A stretch of 64,000 nucleotides of DNA, from assembly GCA_002104945.1 (NCBI GenBank), contig MCFH01000011.1, positions 496,001 to 560,000 on the forward strand, in the 5' to 3' direction. Position numbers and translations under genes: made by a program. This DNA comes from Piromyces finnis finn. Taxonomy: Eukaryota > Fungi > Neocallimastigomycota. Shown piece by piece: positions 53,901 to 64,000 of the stretch. The notes under the pieces are model-generated. The model searched no databases. It saw only the letters and a list, made by a program, of their open reading frames with translations, and was not told the origin of the DNA. Positions within the stretch are counted from its first letter, which is position 1. The number at the start of each line of letters is the position of its first letter.

Positions 53901-56900
53901 TCACAACAAGAAATTGCTTTTGGTGGATTAAATAGCTTAGCTAATCAAAATGAACAACAAGAACCACAACAAGAAAGTTCTTTTGATGGATTAAATAACC
54001 TAGTTAATCAAAATGAACAACAAAAATCACAACAAGAAACTACTTTTAGTGGTTTAAACAGTTTAGCTAACCAATATGAGCAACAAGAACCACAACAAGA
54101 AGTTGCATTTGGTGGATTAAATAGCTTAGTCAATCAAAATGAACAAGAACAACAACAAGAAATTGCTTTCAATGGATTAAATGGATTAAATAGTTTAGTT
54201 AATCAAAATGAACAACAAGAACCACAACAAGAAATTGCTTTTGGTGAATTAAATGGATTAAATAGCTTAGCTAGGCGTTATGAACAGCAAGAACCACAAC
54301 AAGAAGCTACTTTTAATGGTTTAAATGGTTTAAATAGTTTAGTTAATCAAAATGAACAACAAGAACCACAACAAAAAATTGCTTTTGGTGGATTAAATGG
54401 ATTAAATAGCTTAGTTAATCAAAATGAACAACAAGAACCACAACAAGAAATTGCTTTTGGTGGATTAAATGGATTAAATAGCTTAGCTAACCAATATGAA
54501 CAGCAAGAACCACAACAAGAAGCTATTTTTAATGGTTTAAATGGTTTAAATAGTTTAGTTAATCAAAATGAACAACAAGAACCACAACAAGAAGCTACTT
54601 TTAATGGTTTAAATGGTTTAAATAGTTTAGTTAATCAAAATGAACAACAAGAACCACAACAAGAAATTGCTTTTGGTGGATTAAATAGCTTAGCTAAGCG
54701 TTATGAACAGCAAGAACCACAACAAGAAACTATTTTTAGTGGTTTAAATAGCTTAGCTAACCAATATGAGCAACAAGAACCACAACAAGAAACTATTTTT
54801 AGTGGTTTAAATAGCTTAGCTAACCAATATGAGCAACAAGAACCACAACAAGAAACTATTTTTAGTGGTTTAAATAGCTTAGCTAACCAATATGAGCAAC
54901 AAGAACCACAACAAGAAACTATTTTTAGTGGTTTAAATAGCTTAGCTAACCAATATGAGCAACAAGAACCACAACAAGAAACTGCTTTTGATGGATTAAA
55001 TGGATTAAATAGCTTAGTTAATCAAAATGAACAACAAGAACCACAACAAGAAATTGCTTTTGATGGATTAAATAGTTTAGCTAACCAATATAAACAACAA
55101 ATACAAGTTAGTAATTTAGTAAAAGATGATAGTATTGAAGAAGATGATTCAGAAGACGATTCCAGTATTGTTGATAATAGTAATAGTAGTATTATTTTCA
55201 AAGAACTTCATGAACAAGTTAAAGCTCAAGTCAATGCTGCCCTCAATAATGAATACGATACAGATGCAGAAAATGAATTAGTTGAAGAATTAGAAAAATC
55301 CAATTTAGAACATAATAAATCAATCAAACCAATCATGTTAGATAAAGAACTTCCAGAACTACCAACTGCTAAAACGTTAACTATAACTACAACTAATTTG
55401 CCAATTGAAGAAGATGCACCTGCAAGTGCTCCTATTGAACAATCTAAGCAAAATGATAATCTTTACATACCAAGAAGTGTTAGTGCATTTAAATCTGGAA
55501 AGGAAAATTTACAAAACATTACTGAAGAATTCAGCAAAAAAAGTAGTATTATTATACGCCAATTAAGTAGAAAGAATATTTCCAGCAATGAAATATGTCG
55601 TGGTTTAAGTAAAAATAGTATAGATGTTTTGAATGAATTAAATAAAAATGGTGATATTAAGAGGGAACATACAACAAGTAGCGTTTATGATTTTGAATAT
55701 CTACATCATTCTATTTGTAGTATGAATAGTTTAAGTGGTATTAGTAGTATTAGTAACACTAACTCCTTAGCTAATATTATTATGGGCAATGACTTAGATG
55801 AAATTGATAGTGGTATAAAAAGGACTTCAACTACCAAACAAACTATTAAGGAGGAAAAAGAATTAAGTGAAAAGAGCAAAAAACATGAAAGTACTGAAAA
55901 CATCGTTAAAGAATTTGATGAACTTTTCAAATATATTGGCGAAAATAAAGATTTAGATGTTGACTTTTTCGGTATCTTTAATAATATATGCAGGGAATAT
56001 GGAGTTGGTACAAATAAAAGTACACAAGAAGAAGACCAAACAAATAACATAAATGAAGAAGATAATGATGTAAAAGCAAATGAAACTACTACAGAAACTG
56101 GAAATACTGCTATAGGTAATGATGTAAAAATAACTGTTAATGAACCAATTCAATCCAAAGAAAAAGAAGTAGAAGATAAACCACAAGAACAAAGTCAAGA
56201 AGAACAATCATTATTAGTAAGAAAGGAAACTCTTTCCAAAAACAAGGGTAAGAGTGTTTGTATTGATAATAGCTACAGTGAAAATCAAATATCAGATTCT
56301 TCTTCTAGAATCTACGAAACAATACCACCCGAACTTCTTTCCAATGAAATAAAACGTTCAGCTACCACTAACAACAATATAATTAATAATGTGATATCTC
56401 AAATGAATCGTAATGAAGATATAAATGATTACAGTAGTAATCAATTTATAGCTCAACAGGAGAATGCTCTTTTGGATTCTGCTTCCAATAAAGAAAATGA
56501 TTTATTAGCTATTCTTTTCAGTATGGGATTCGAAAATACCGAAGAAAATTTAAAGGCTTTGAGAAAAGCAAATAATAATATTGATCAAGCTGTTAATTAC
56601 TTGGTTGAAGAAAAGGTTCCATATGATGTTATAAACGACATTCGTGAAAATGATTTTCTTGAAGAAACTGAACAACTACGTAGAAGATACCAACAACTTT
56701 CATTATTAAATAATACTCTTAGTCAAAATAGTTATCAACAACAATCTTCTTTACAATTAGCAAATATTAACGGTGTTTATGGTCAATATAATAATGGAAT
56801 TATTCAGCCAGTAATTGTTAATCCAAATGATAGCTACATATTACAAAACTTGAATGGTACTAACTCACTTCTAATAGATAATAATGAATTGAATAGATTA

Positions 56901-58931
56901 TTAATACAACAACAACAACAACAACAACAACAACAGATGGTTAATAAACCACCAGCCCCAGAATATCCTGGATATGATGTTATGAATAATAATATGGTAT
57001 TACCAAATACTAATGCTAACACCAACAATGCCATTAATTCTATGGATAATAATACAATTCCAGTAATTGAATCTAATCATAACATAGCTTCTAATAATGT
57101 AATAGTAAATAATAGAATTAGTGGAAATACTTCATTAACTCAAGAAAATATATCATTAATTAATGGAAACAGAATTATAGCTGAAGATGCAACTAGTATT
57201 GTAAATAACGGCAACAATAACAATATTAATATAAATAATAACAGAAATACTAATAGTTTAAGTATGAAAATTAATAACAGAGAAAGTCAAAGAGGCTCAA
57301 ACACATCAATTATTTATAATATGAGTAATTCCGAAATTATGAATTGTTGTTCTGATGATGGAGAAGATATTGAAACCAACAGTGAATTATCTGTAGACGT
57401 TATTCAAGAAAAAAGTAACTTAAATAATGGTTATGATGAATTACCAATTACAACTTCAACAACCATCGATGAATCATTACAATCACCAGTTTCTAATCAA
57501 TTTAATAATTCGATGGATAGTATTCAGGTATCTCTTGATTCACCTGCAAATATCGAAAGTGGTGTTAGTCCAACTTCTTCATTTTATAATAACATGATTA
57601 ATGTTGATAATCTCTCACTTCCAAGAAACAGCCCTAATACAAGTTTCGATTCCACAAACCAACAAATACAATTAAATGCTCAAATCCAACAAAATCAACA
57701 ACAAATTTTAAAATTCCAAAACCAATTACAAAAGATGCAAATGAGAAATACTCAGATTGAAAGGTTCTATAACAATATTCAAAGTCCACCAGAACACATT
57801 CCATACAAAACAGTTACTTGGTATCCAAAATGGACTAGTCATAATTCACCATTTAGTGAAAATATTGTTTTCCATGTTAAATTAAATACTAAGAATGAAG
57901 CAACCCTTATTTCAACTTTAAAAAAGAGAAGAAATGAAGCCAGAGCTAATCCAGAAGATTATAATAAGGTCGTTCTTTTCTGTAATCATTTGTTTAGCTC
58001 GATGAAATATATTCAAAATGAACAATCTGATATTTTGAATGATGCCTTAAAGTTATTAAAAAAGAGTGTAAAAGAAAATTCCATTGAAGCTTGTAATGTA
58101 TTAGCAGGTCTTTACCTTTATGGTATTGAAGGTTCTTTATATCATGTTTCCGATTATGAAAAGGCCGGACCATTGTTCATGAAGGTACTTAAAAATACTC
58201 AACAACAACAAAAGCAATTGAACACCGAATCTACCTATAATCTTGGTATTTGTTACGAAAATATGGATTCTAAAAAGAAGCGTACACAAGCTATTTCATT
58301 CTTTAAATATGCTGCCTTAAATGGACATCCAGGTGCTTCTTTCAAAATGTACAAAATCTATGAAAGAGTTTCACCAAAAGAAGCTATCAAATGGTTAACT
58401 CTTAGTAAGCGTAATGCAACCAAGGAATATCCAGATGGTATCTATGAATATGCTCTTCTTTGTTATAAGGGTTATGAAAGTGGTGGTATTCCAAAGAATG
58501 AGAAATACACCATTTCTTTATTAAAAGAAGCTGCTAATAAATTAGAACATGTTCCAAGTGCTTTGGAATTAGGTAAATTCTTTTTAATTAATGAAGGTAA
58601 TACTTCAACCAATGCTGGAAAATATTTATATAAGGCAGCTTGTAAGGATAATAAGGTAGCTCAATTCAAATTAGCTTCATGGTGGGAAAAGCAACAAGTA
58701 AAATCTGAAATGAAAAAGAAGGCTTACTTTGAATGGCTTTCCCGTGCTGCTGAAGGTAAGGATGGTTTAACAGAAGCTATTTATCGTGTTGGATACTGTT
58801 ATGAATTAGGTTATGGTGTTACCCCAAACAAAAATATTGCACAATCATTCTATGAAAATGCAGCTGCAAGAGGATATGTTAAAGCTAAAGAAAAGTTGGA
58901 AAAAATGAATAACAATAATGTTGTTAATTAA
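50904..58931 (+). CDS. 2675-aa intronless protein: Q/N/M-rich N-terminus, repeat array, UBA domain, C-terminal SEL1-like repeats (Skt5/Chs4 chitin-synthase-activator-like)
   Basis: Single 8-kb ORF. UBA-like LLAILFSMGFENTEENLKALRKANNNIDQAVNYL at 56502-56610. SEL1 repeats ESTYNLGICYE...AISFFKYAALNGHPGA and EAIYRVGYCYELGYGVTPNKNIAQSFYENAAARGYVKA at about 58000-58900. The Skt5/Chs4 assignment is an inference from the SEL1 pattern. Confidence 0.85.
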   Translation: MLGLNDNNNDENINNAETSNNDVPQNYNMNMSQMNNINPMNSMNQQINSMMGINMNQPMSPTMRPVISSPTMSPTMNPLSPNMSPTMNPLNQMQMQMQMQMINQSLGMPLPINNNMAINNMQMAMVPMQMNINQAILNNQALLNNNQMSQYSLTPEQLQQLQQMQQVQFQQQLQQLQQMQQIQLQQQIQAFNKQNIIKAKNLNQDQSQMQNNQVQQVNSQSKNKILSESSQESTKSKSKPMKSIAKKLFSTHKKVEKQTSISSINDDASSTSSVNRNVDQQIKIQQKPLPQPQQQFQQPQQQIQLQQYQQQLQYQQQFNDLYNMTNINAITTGQLQGMNNFMVNSMMMNYNQLGNNAGSLTNVNNNFNNTNRFTKNSNNATNGNIQLTTTPIISDNEKSIDGSTDISSINLNSNKIDSKQNNSISELSKDATESSENVNQNITNLDGSSSNIKGKDSIKSDMKGRKESQKNESNRIQEESGVNSTSSLLSNDINSSDLNTVNENNFLEKPQHPPPPYSKNDNYSEVNSIIPTQNRHNTIKIPSSFRALNQLANQSIIPNNTIKYNSLNQLVENSSENTDNSISLSQVNENSGNRALNIINEDNTDIDSSSSNYLTGNVDDNVTTVIENTTDNENTNNELSSLNQLVENATKNEKFENDNSIINNNSSTLNQLSENNNDIIKTDVSLTDQSEENTSSSKVENNSQNQIISINQNEKKKVNELVELGHSITNIVKSCYPRGASLQLKYPHINAPLKQNKAKDIADEEISSFDSLSEKNTGLEHIDSNDLKSEDFESTEKNEIDLPESAVSALSSFKNSMDSTSKRNSNDLLKNLNELRNFTIPTRSLQPTNNKDTFSGLNNLINQNEQQEPQQESSFDGLNNLANHYEQELQQESTFNGLNSLANQNEQQEPQQEIAFDGLNGLNSLANQNEQQEPQQEIAFDGLNSLANQYEQQEPQQEVAFSGLNSLVDQNEQQEQQQEIAFGGLNGLNSLVNQNEQQESQQEIAFGGLNSLANQNEQQEPQQESSFDGLNNLVNQNEQQKSQQETTFSGLNSLANQYEQQEPQQEVAFGGLNSLVNQNEQEQQQEIAFNGLNGLNSLVNQNEQQEPQQEIAFGELNGLNSLARRYEQQEPQQEATFNGLNGLNSLVNQNEQQEPQQKIAFGGLNGLNSLVNQNEQQEPQQEIAFGGLNGLNSLANQYEQQEPQQEAIFNGLNGLNSLVNQNEQQEPQQEATFNGLNGLNSLVNQNEQQEPQQEIAFGGLNSLAKRYEQQEPQQETIFSGLNSLANQYEQQEPQQETIFSGLNSLANQYEQQEPQQETIFSGLNSLANQYEQQEPQQETIFSGLNSLANQYEQQEPQQETAFDGLNGLNSLVNQNEQQEPQQEIAFDGLNSLANQYKQQIQVSNLVKDDSIEEDDSEDDSSIVDNSNSSIIFKELHEQVKAQVNAALNNEYDTDAENELVEELEKSNLEHNKSIKPIMLDKELPELPTAKTLTITTTNLPIEEDAPASAPIEQSKQNDNLYIPRSVSAFKSGKENLQNITEEFSKKSSIIIRQLSRKNISSNEICRGLSKNSIDVLNELNKNGDIKREHTTSSVYDFEYLHHSICSMNSLSGISSISNTNSLANIIMGNDLDEIDSGIKRTSTTKQTIKEEKELSEKSKKHESTENIVKEFDELFKYIGENKDLDVDFFGIFNNICREYGVGTNKSTQEEDQTNNINEEDNDVKANETTTETGNTAIGNDVKITVNEPIQSKEKEVEDKPQEQSQEEQSLLVRKETLSKNKGKSVCIDNSYSENQISDSSSRIYETIPPELLSNEIKRSATTNNNIINNVISQMNRNEDINDYSSNQFIAQQENALLDSASNKENDLLAILFSMGFENTEENLKALRKANNNIDQAVNYLVEEKVPYDVINDIRENDFLEETEQLRRRYQQLSLLNNTLSQNSYQQQSSLQLANINGVYGQYNNGIIQPVIVNPNDSYILQNLNGTNSLLIDNNELNRLLIQQQQQQQQQQMVNKPPAPEYPGYDVMNNNMVLPNTNANTNNAINSMDNNTIPVIESNHNIASNNVIVNNRISGNTSLTQENISLINGNRIIAEDATSIVNNGNNNNININNNRNTNSLSMKINNRESQRGSNTSIIYNMSNSEIMNCCSDDGEDIETNSELSVDVIQEKSNLNNGYDELPITTSTTIDESLQSPVSNQFNNSMDSIQVSLDSPANIESGVSPTSSFYNNMINVDNLSLPRNSPNTSFDSTNQQIQLNAQIQQNQQQILKFQNQLQKMQMRNTQIERFYNNIQSPPEHIPYKTVTWYPKWTSHNSPFSENIVFHVKLNTKNEATLISTLKKRRNEARANPEDYNKVVLFCNHLFSSMKYIQNEQSDILNDALKLLKKSVKENSIEACNVLAGLYLYGIEGSLYHVSDYEKAGPLFMKVLKNTQQQQKQLNTESTYNLGICYENMDSKKKRTQAISFFKYAALNGHPGASFKMYKIYERVSPKEAIKWLTLSKRNATKEYPDGIYEYALLCYKGYESGGIPKNEKYTISLLKEAANKLEHVPSALELGKFFLINEGNTSTNAGKYLYKAACKDNKVAQFKLASWWEKQQVKSEMKKKAYFEWLSRAAEGKDGLTEAIYRVGYCYELGYGVTPNKNIAQSFYENAAARGYVKAKEKLEKMNNNNVVN
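53469..55098 (+). repeat. Coding minisatellite, about 24.5 units of 63/72 bp (GLNSL[AV]NQ[NY]EQQEPQQExxF[SGDN], optional extra GLN)
   Basis: Counted from the translation: 24 full units plus a partial one. Units 20-22 are identical at protein level. Confidence 0.97.
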
Positions 58932-60123
58932 AATAATATTGTTATTTTTGATTCCCGATAAATATAATAGAATTTAAGGTCAACATTATTAAAAATATAT
59001 TTAAAAATATAAAAACGTCAAAACAAAATATATAAAATAATAATTACAACAAATTACAAAAAATTAAAATAAAGAGTAAAAAAAAAATAATACTTTAAAA
59101 TTAAAATAAAATAAAATAAAATAAAAATAAAATAAATATAAATAAATATAAATAATAGCAATAAATATAAATAATTAGAATAATTAGAATATAAAATGTA
59201 TAAATTACAAATTAATCTAACAAAGAAATAATATTTTTCAATTTTAGTTTTTCAGTTTTTTAATATATAGTAATACAATAAAGCATAATATATAAATATA
59301 TAAAATTCATGTATAAAAAGAAAAAAAAAAATAAAAATAAAATAAAATAAATAAAAATATATTTTAAAAAAAAAAAAGTAAAAAAAAAATTTTTTAAAGG
59401 CATCAAATATTTTTAAACTTAATAATATTCTAAGCATCATAAATTATTATTTTAAGATTATTTATAAGACTTTATACAAATAATTTATTTTGCATGTTGT
59501 AATAGCTTTATAAAAATTTTTTGTTTTTTTTTGTTTTATATTTTCATGACATTATATCAATATTGATAGTACATTTATTTTTATTATACATGTTATAAAA
59601 AAAAATAAAATAAAAAAATATATATTTAAACACAAAAATGAATAAAATCGTATATTTATATATACAAAAAAAGTATTATACCTTTGGATTATTATTAAAT
59701 TAACAAATTATACTTATTTCTACTTTTTAAACAATTGCATTAATATAAAAAAGCAATAATAATGATTCCTTTGATTGATATTACCAATATATAAAATAAA
59801 TTTTCACAAAATTATTTTTATATAATTTTTTTTTATTTAAAAAACAATTTACTAAATCAAATATAAATATATACAATTAAATAATATTTAGAAATAATAA
59901 GTATATTAATTAATAAATTTTATCTCTGTTCTTTTCTTAGTTATTATTTTTTCTTTTTTTTTTTTTTTTTGGTCTTTATAAGTTATAAAAAAATTAAATT
60001 TGAAAATACAGAAAACTTTTTTCTTTATATTTGTTGTATATATTAAATCTATTAAAACTAAAAATTAAAAATATAATAAATGAATAATTTATATTTCCTG
60101 ATATAAATTGTTCTTTAAGTTGT

Positions 60124-62544
60124 TTAGACACATTGGTGATACCATTCATTAAAAGCAACACAAGTGGAACCTGATTGACAACAAGTAGCACCAGTGTAGT
60201 TATTACCACCACATTGACCCCACTTTGGAACACAGTTAGCATTGTTAGAATTATTGTTGGAACTTGTAGCATCACACTTATCAACAGTAACAGTAACAGT
60301 GACGGTAACTGGATCACATTTGGTATTTGTGTTTGAAGATGGAATAGTCTTAGTATTACCTGAGGTAGATGGAATGGTCTTGGTCTTGCTAAGGTTAGAT
60401 GGAATAGTTTTAGTACCACCGACAGTTGTTGATGGAATAGTCTTGGAACTACCACCAGTAGATGGAATAGTCTTGGAACTGCCAGCACCACCAGTAGAGG
60501 TAATTAAGGTAGCTGGAATAGTCTTGGTCTTGTTTGGAATAGTCTTGGAACTACCACCAGTAGATGGAATAGTCTTGGAACTGCCAGCACCACCAGTAGA
60601 GGTAATTAAAGTGGCTGGAATAGTCTTGGTCTTACTAAGACTAGATGGAATAGTCTTGGAACTACCAGCACCACCAGTAGATGTAATTAAAGTGGCTGGA
60701 ATAGTTTTGGTTTTAGTTGCAATATCTGGAATAGTCTTAGAACTACCAGTACTACCAGTAGATGGAATAGTCTTGGAACTGCCAGCACCACCAGTAGAGG
60801 TAATTAAAGTAGCTGGAATAGTCTTGGTCTTGTTTGGAATAGTCTTGGAACTGCCAGCACCACCAGTAGAGGTAATTAAGGTAGCTGGAATAGTCTTAGT
60901 CTTGTTTGGAATAGTCTTGGAACTGCCAGCACTACCAGTAGATGGAATAGTCTTGGAACTACCAGCACCAGTAGAGGTAATTAAAGTAGCTGGAATAGTC
61001 TTGGTCTTGTTTGGAATGGTCTTAGAACTACCGGCACCAGTAGAGGTAATTAAGGTAGCTGGAATAGTCTTGGTCTTGTTTGGAATGGTCTTAGAACTAC
61101 CAGCACCAGTAGAGGTAATTAAAGTAGCTGGAATAGTCTTAGTTTTAGAAACACCTGATGTAATAAGTGAAGTTGGAATTGTCTTTCCTGAAGCTCCAGT
61201 AGTCTTAGTAATAAGATTAGATGGAATAGTCTTGGTTAAATTAATATTTGGAATGGTCTTAGTATTATTACTAGTATTTGGAATAGTCTTAGATGAAACG
61301 CTTGTAATTTTATCAGCTGGAATAGTCTTGGTTTTCTTAAGAGAATCTGGGACAGTTTTACTACCAGCACTTGCACTTGGAATAGTCTTTGTACCTGGAA
61401 CAGTAACACTTGGAATAGTCTTAGTCTTAGAGCTGCTGCCTGCAGTCTTAGTAATAAGATTGCTTGGGATAGTCTTAGTTAAATTAATACTTGGGATAGT
61501 CTTTGTACTTGGCTTTGAAACACTAGCAGCATTATTACTATTTGAAGTAGCTGGTCTAGCTTCCTTCTTTAAAATGTCGAGTAAAGTGTTGTAAATTGGT
61601 TTTGGTTGGTAATTGTTATTGAATAAAAGAGCTTGTTCATTACCACCTAACCAACTATCACTATCACCAACACCCCAAACAAGGAAAGCCTTACAACAAG
61701 AGTTAGCAAGACAAGCCTTTAAAGCGTTAGAGAAAGCTTCAGTTTGACGACTTTGGTTACCTTGTAATTTAACATCAAGTTCGGTAATGTGAACTTCAAG
61801 ACCTAATTTACAATAACGACCAATTAAACCATTAATTTGATTGAAAGTTGGTTGGGATTGAGAACTAACGTGGTATTGTAAACCAACACCATCAATTGGA
61901 ATATTACGCTTCTTTAAATCAGCAACGAAATTGTAAATTGATTCAGATTTCGGTAAATGACCTTCAGCGTTATAATCATTGTAGAAAAGTTTAGTGTTTG
62001 GAGAAACTTTACGAGCAGTTTCAAAAGCAATATCAATAAAGTTTGGAACTTTTTGACGAAGGAAAGAATTACGTAACATAAAACCTTGACCATTTGAACT
62101 ATCATCAACAGCTTCGTTAACAACATCCCAAGCCTTGATTTTACCTTCATAATGTTGTAAAGTCTTAGTAATGTGATCAACAATAGCATTCTTTAAAGTA
62201 TTAGAATCAGCATTTTCAAACCAAGATGGTTGATAAGCATGCCAGATAAGACAGTGACCACGGAATTCCATACCTAATTCCTTTGCCTTATTGTAATGAG
62301 CATCACAATCATTGAAATTGTAAACACCTTTTTGTTGTTGGATACCTGAAAGTTTACAACCATTTTCTGCAACCATCATATTGAATGCCTTCATAGCATT
62401 ATTGTAATTACCATTATTGAATCTATTTGTGTTGGCAGCAACACCAACCTTTAAATCTCCAGCAAAGTCCTTTAATAAATCATATGCACTTGCTGATGCA
62501 ACAAAAGTTGAAATTAAAATTTTATTGATTGTACTGAATTTCAT
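60124..62544 (-). CDS. xynB: Secreted endo-1,4-beta-xylanase, GH10 + long repetitive Thr/Ser/Lys/Pro linker + CBM1; intronless
   Basis: Signal peptide [22 protein letters not shown]10 motifs [14 protein letters not shown] (acid/base), [15 protein letters not shown] and HITELD (nucleophile). C-terminal CBM1 [36 protein letters not shown]. Same architecture as Neocallimastix patriciarum XynB as recalled. Confidence 0.95.
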   Translation of the reverse strand: MKFSTINKILISTFVASASAYDLLKDFAGDLKVGVAANTNRFNNGNYNNAMKAFNMMVAENGCKLSGIQQQKGVYNFNDCDAHYNKAKELGMEFRGHCLIWHAYQPSWFENADSNTLKNAIVDHITKTLQHYEGKIKAWDVVNEAVDDSSNGQGFMLRNSFLRQKVPNFIDIAFETARKVSPNTKLFYNDYNAEGHLPKSESIYNFVADLKKRNIPIDGVGLQYHVSSQSQPTFNQINGLIGRYCKLGLEVHITELDVKLQGNQSRQTEAFSNALKACLANSCCKAFLVWGVGDSDSWLGGNEQALLFNNNYQPKPIYNTLLDILKKEARPATSNSNNAASVSKPSTKTIPSINLTKTIPSNLITKTAGSSSKTKTIPSVTVPGTKTIPSASAGSKTVPDSLKKTKTIPADKITSVSSKTIPNTSNNTKTIPNINLTKTIPSNLITKTTGASGKTIPTSLITSGVSKTKTIPATLITSTGAGSSKTIPNKTKTIPATLITSTGAGSSKTIPNKTKTIPATLITSTGAGSSKTIPSTGSAGSSKTIPNKTKTIPATLITSTGGAGSSKTIPNKTKTIPATLITSTGGAGSSKTIPSTGSTGSSKTIPDIATKTKTIPATLITSTGGAGSSKTIPSSLSKTKTIPATLITSTGGAGSSKTIPSTGGSSKTIPNKTKTIPATLITSTGGAGSSKTIPSTGGSSKTIPSTTVGGTKTIPSNLSKTKTIPSTSGNTKTIPSSNTNTKCDPVTVTVTVTVDKCDATSSNNNSNNANCVPKWGQCGGNNYTGATCCQSGSTCVAFNEWYHQCV
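60240..61560 (-). repeat. Coding linker repeat with about 33 KT[IV]P motifs in a hierarchical arrangement
   Basis: Higher-order unit [15 protein letters not shown](G)AGSSKTIP is repeated, with optional [10 protein letters not shown] inserts. Confidence 0.95.
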
Positions 62545-63913
62545 TTTTATATTTTATTTATTTATATAAATATAAATATTTTATATGTTATTTATTAAAT
62601 ATATATTGATTTTCTTTCTTAACTCTTTTTGCTTTATTTAATCTTAAAAATAAAAAAATTAATATATTTTTAAACTATTATATAATATTATAAATATTTA
62701 TTAATATTATATAAATAATTATTAAAACAAGAAAAAAAAGCTAAAACTATCAAAAATTATGAAAAAATTTTTATCTTATATATAAAAATATTTTTTTATC
62801 TTTGGAAATTCTTTTATTTTTAATATAAAAATAAACTTTTTAATTTAAAATAAATTTATATTAATATATTAAAGTTGTAGATTTGCGGTATATAAAACAT
62901 CGTGTAAAATGTTGCACGCTTATATATTTTTAAAACAAATTAAATATATATTATTAGCCAATTAAACAAAAAAGAAAATTAATTCTATTAATGAACAATA
63001 TTAAATGATCTACAAATGTTGATTATCAATTAAAACTAATTATAAATATATTAATAGAATTATCAATATATTATTTTTTAAAAAAATTCTTAATATAAAT
63101 GATGCTCCTTTATAAATTAAAATTATAAAAATTAAAACAAATATAATATAAATATGTTTACTTCTTTTAAATAATTTTTTTTTGTTAACAACACTTAAAG
63201 TGAAGGAAAGAAATTACACTATTATTTTAAATAAAATTTATTTTATTTATTATTACTTAAAAAATGGAATTTGTTTAAATATATATTTTATATTGTTATA
63301 TTATAATATATAATTACACAACATTATTAAAATAATACTACATTTATTCTTAATTCAAATTTTAATTTATACATATTATAATTATAATAATTAAAATTAT
63401 TGTAATTTAAATTAAAATTATTTATCTTCAATTACTACATAAATTTGTGTAACATTTTATGATACAATGAAAATCAAATGTATATATGTTTTGAAATATA
63501 TAAAAAATAAAACCTTTAAAACTTTATATCTACAGAAGTAACAAAGTACAATAATAGTTTTGTGCTCGATGCAAATAAACCTAGTTCAAGCTACGTTTCA
63601 TATACATTTCCTTAATTAAAATTGAAGAATTAGCCATAATTTAAAGAAATCTATACAATATAAAAATATTTACTACTTTTATTATCAATTTAATTATAGA
63701 ATATTAATTAACATTTTCCCATATAGTTAAAATAATTTTAGTTACATTAGCTTATTCAAATAGTATTTAATAATTCTGTCTATTAAAAATTTCAATGATA
63801 GGATAAAAATTATTAAAGTTTTATCTATTTTATTAAAATTAAAATATTTTACATTTATTAATGTTTAATATAAAATAAGGTTTTAAAGAAATTTAATATG
63901 AAATAAACTTTAT

Positions 63914-64000
63914 CATTTATTTATTATTTATTTATTTATCTATTTATTTATTTATTTATTTATTTATCTATTTATTTATTTATTTATTTATTTATTTATT
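63914..64000. repeat. (TTTA)n tetranucleotide microsatellite with TCTA variants, running off the window end
   Basis: Direct reading of the last about 87 bp. Confidence 0.9.

Noticed and set aside
53469-55098. CRISPR-like repeat-spacer array
   Set aside because: Units are multiples of 3 within a eukaryotic ORF, the 'spacers' are homologous to each other, and there are no cas genes.
60242-61594. 450-aa plus-strand Val/Leu/Gly-rich ORF
   Set aside because: It coincides exactly with the repetitive xylanase linker. A stop-free repeat unit propagates an open antisense frame.
63914-64000. Telomeric repeat at the window end
   Set aside because: (TTTA)n lacks the G-rich strand of fungal telomeres, and shorter TTTA runs occur internally (for example near 8225 and 50260).

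Overview
Extremely AT-rich, intron-rich eukaryotic DNA, most likely from an anaerobic gut fungus (Neocallimastigomycota). This assignment rests on short GT-AG introns, Asn/Lys-rich low-complexity proteins, a flagellar gene and an intronless GH10-CBM1 xylanase that resembles Neocallimastix XynB. I reconstructed 13 protein-coding genes by hand from splice signals and recalled family motifs, without any database search: PP2A B56 subunit, 3-KH FUBP-like protein, PABPN1/Pab2, an orphan, ITFG2 (KICSTOR), a RasGEF, ODAD1/CCDC114, TBC1D19, a second orphan, VTI1, an ankyrin plus anillin/Bud4-like PH protein, a 2675-aa intronless UBA/SEL1-repeat protein and the xylanase. CDS coordinates are start-to-stop spans that include introns. 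The most unusual object is a GC-rich 547-bp insertion at 1424-1970 with every hallmark of a tRNA(Ala)-derived SINE: A/B-box head, no T-run longer than 4, 3' stem-loop, poly(A) tail and a 16-bp target-site duplication. It also carries a perfect U1-complementary 5' splice site and a TACTAAC branch point. Other notable items are three consecutive symmetric micro-exons, a very long A-rich terminal intron in PABPN1, and large coding repeat arrays.
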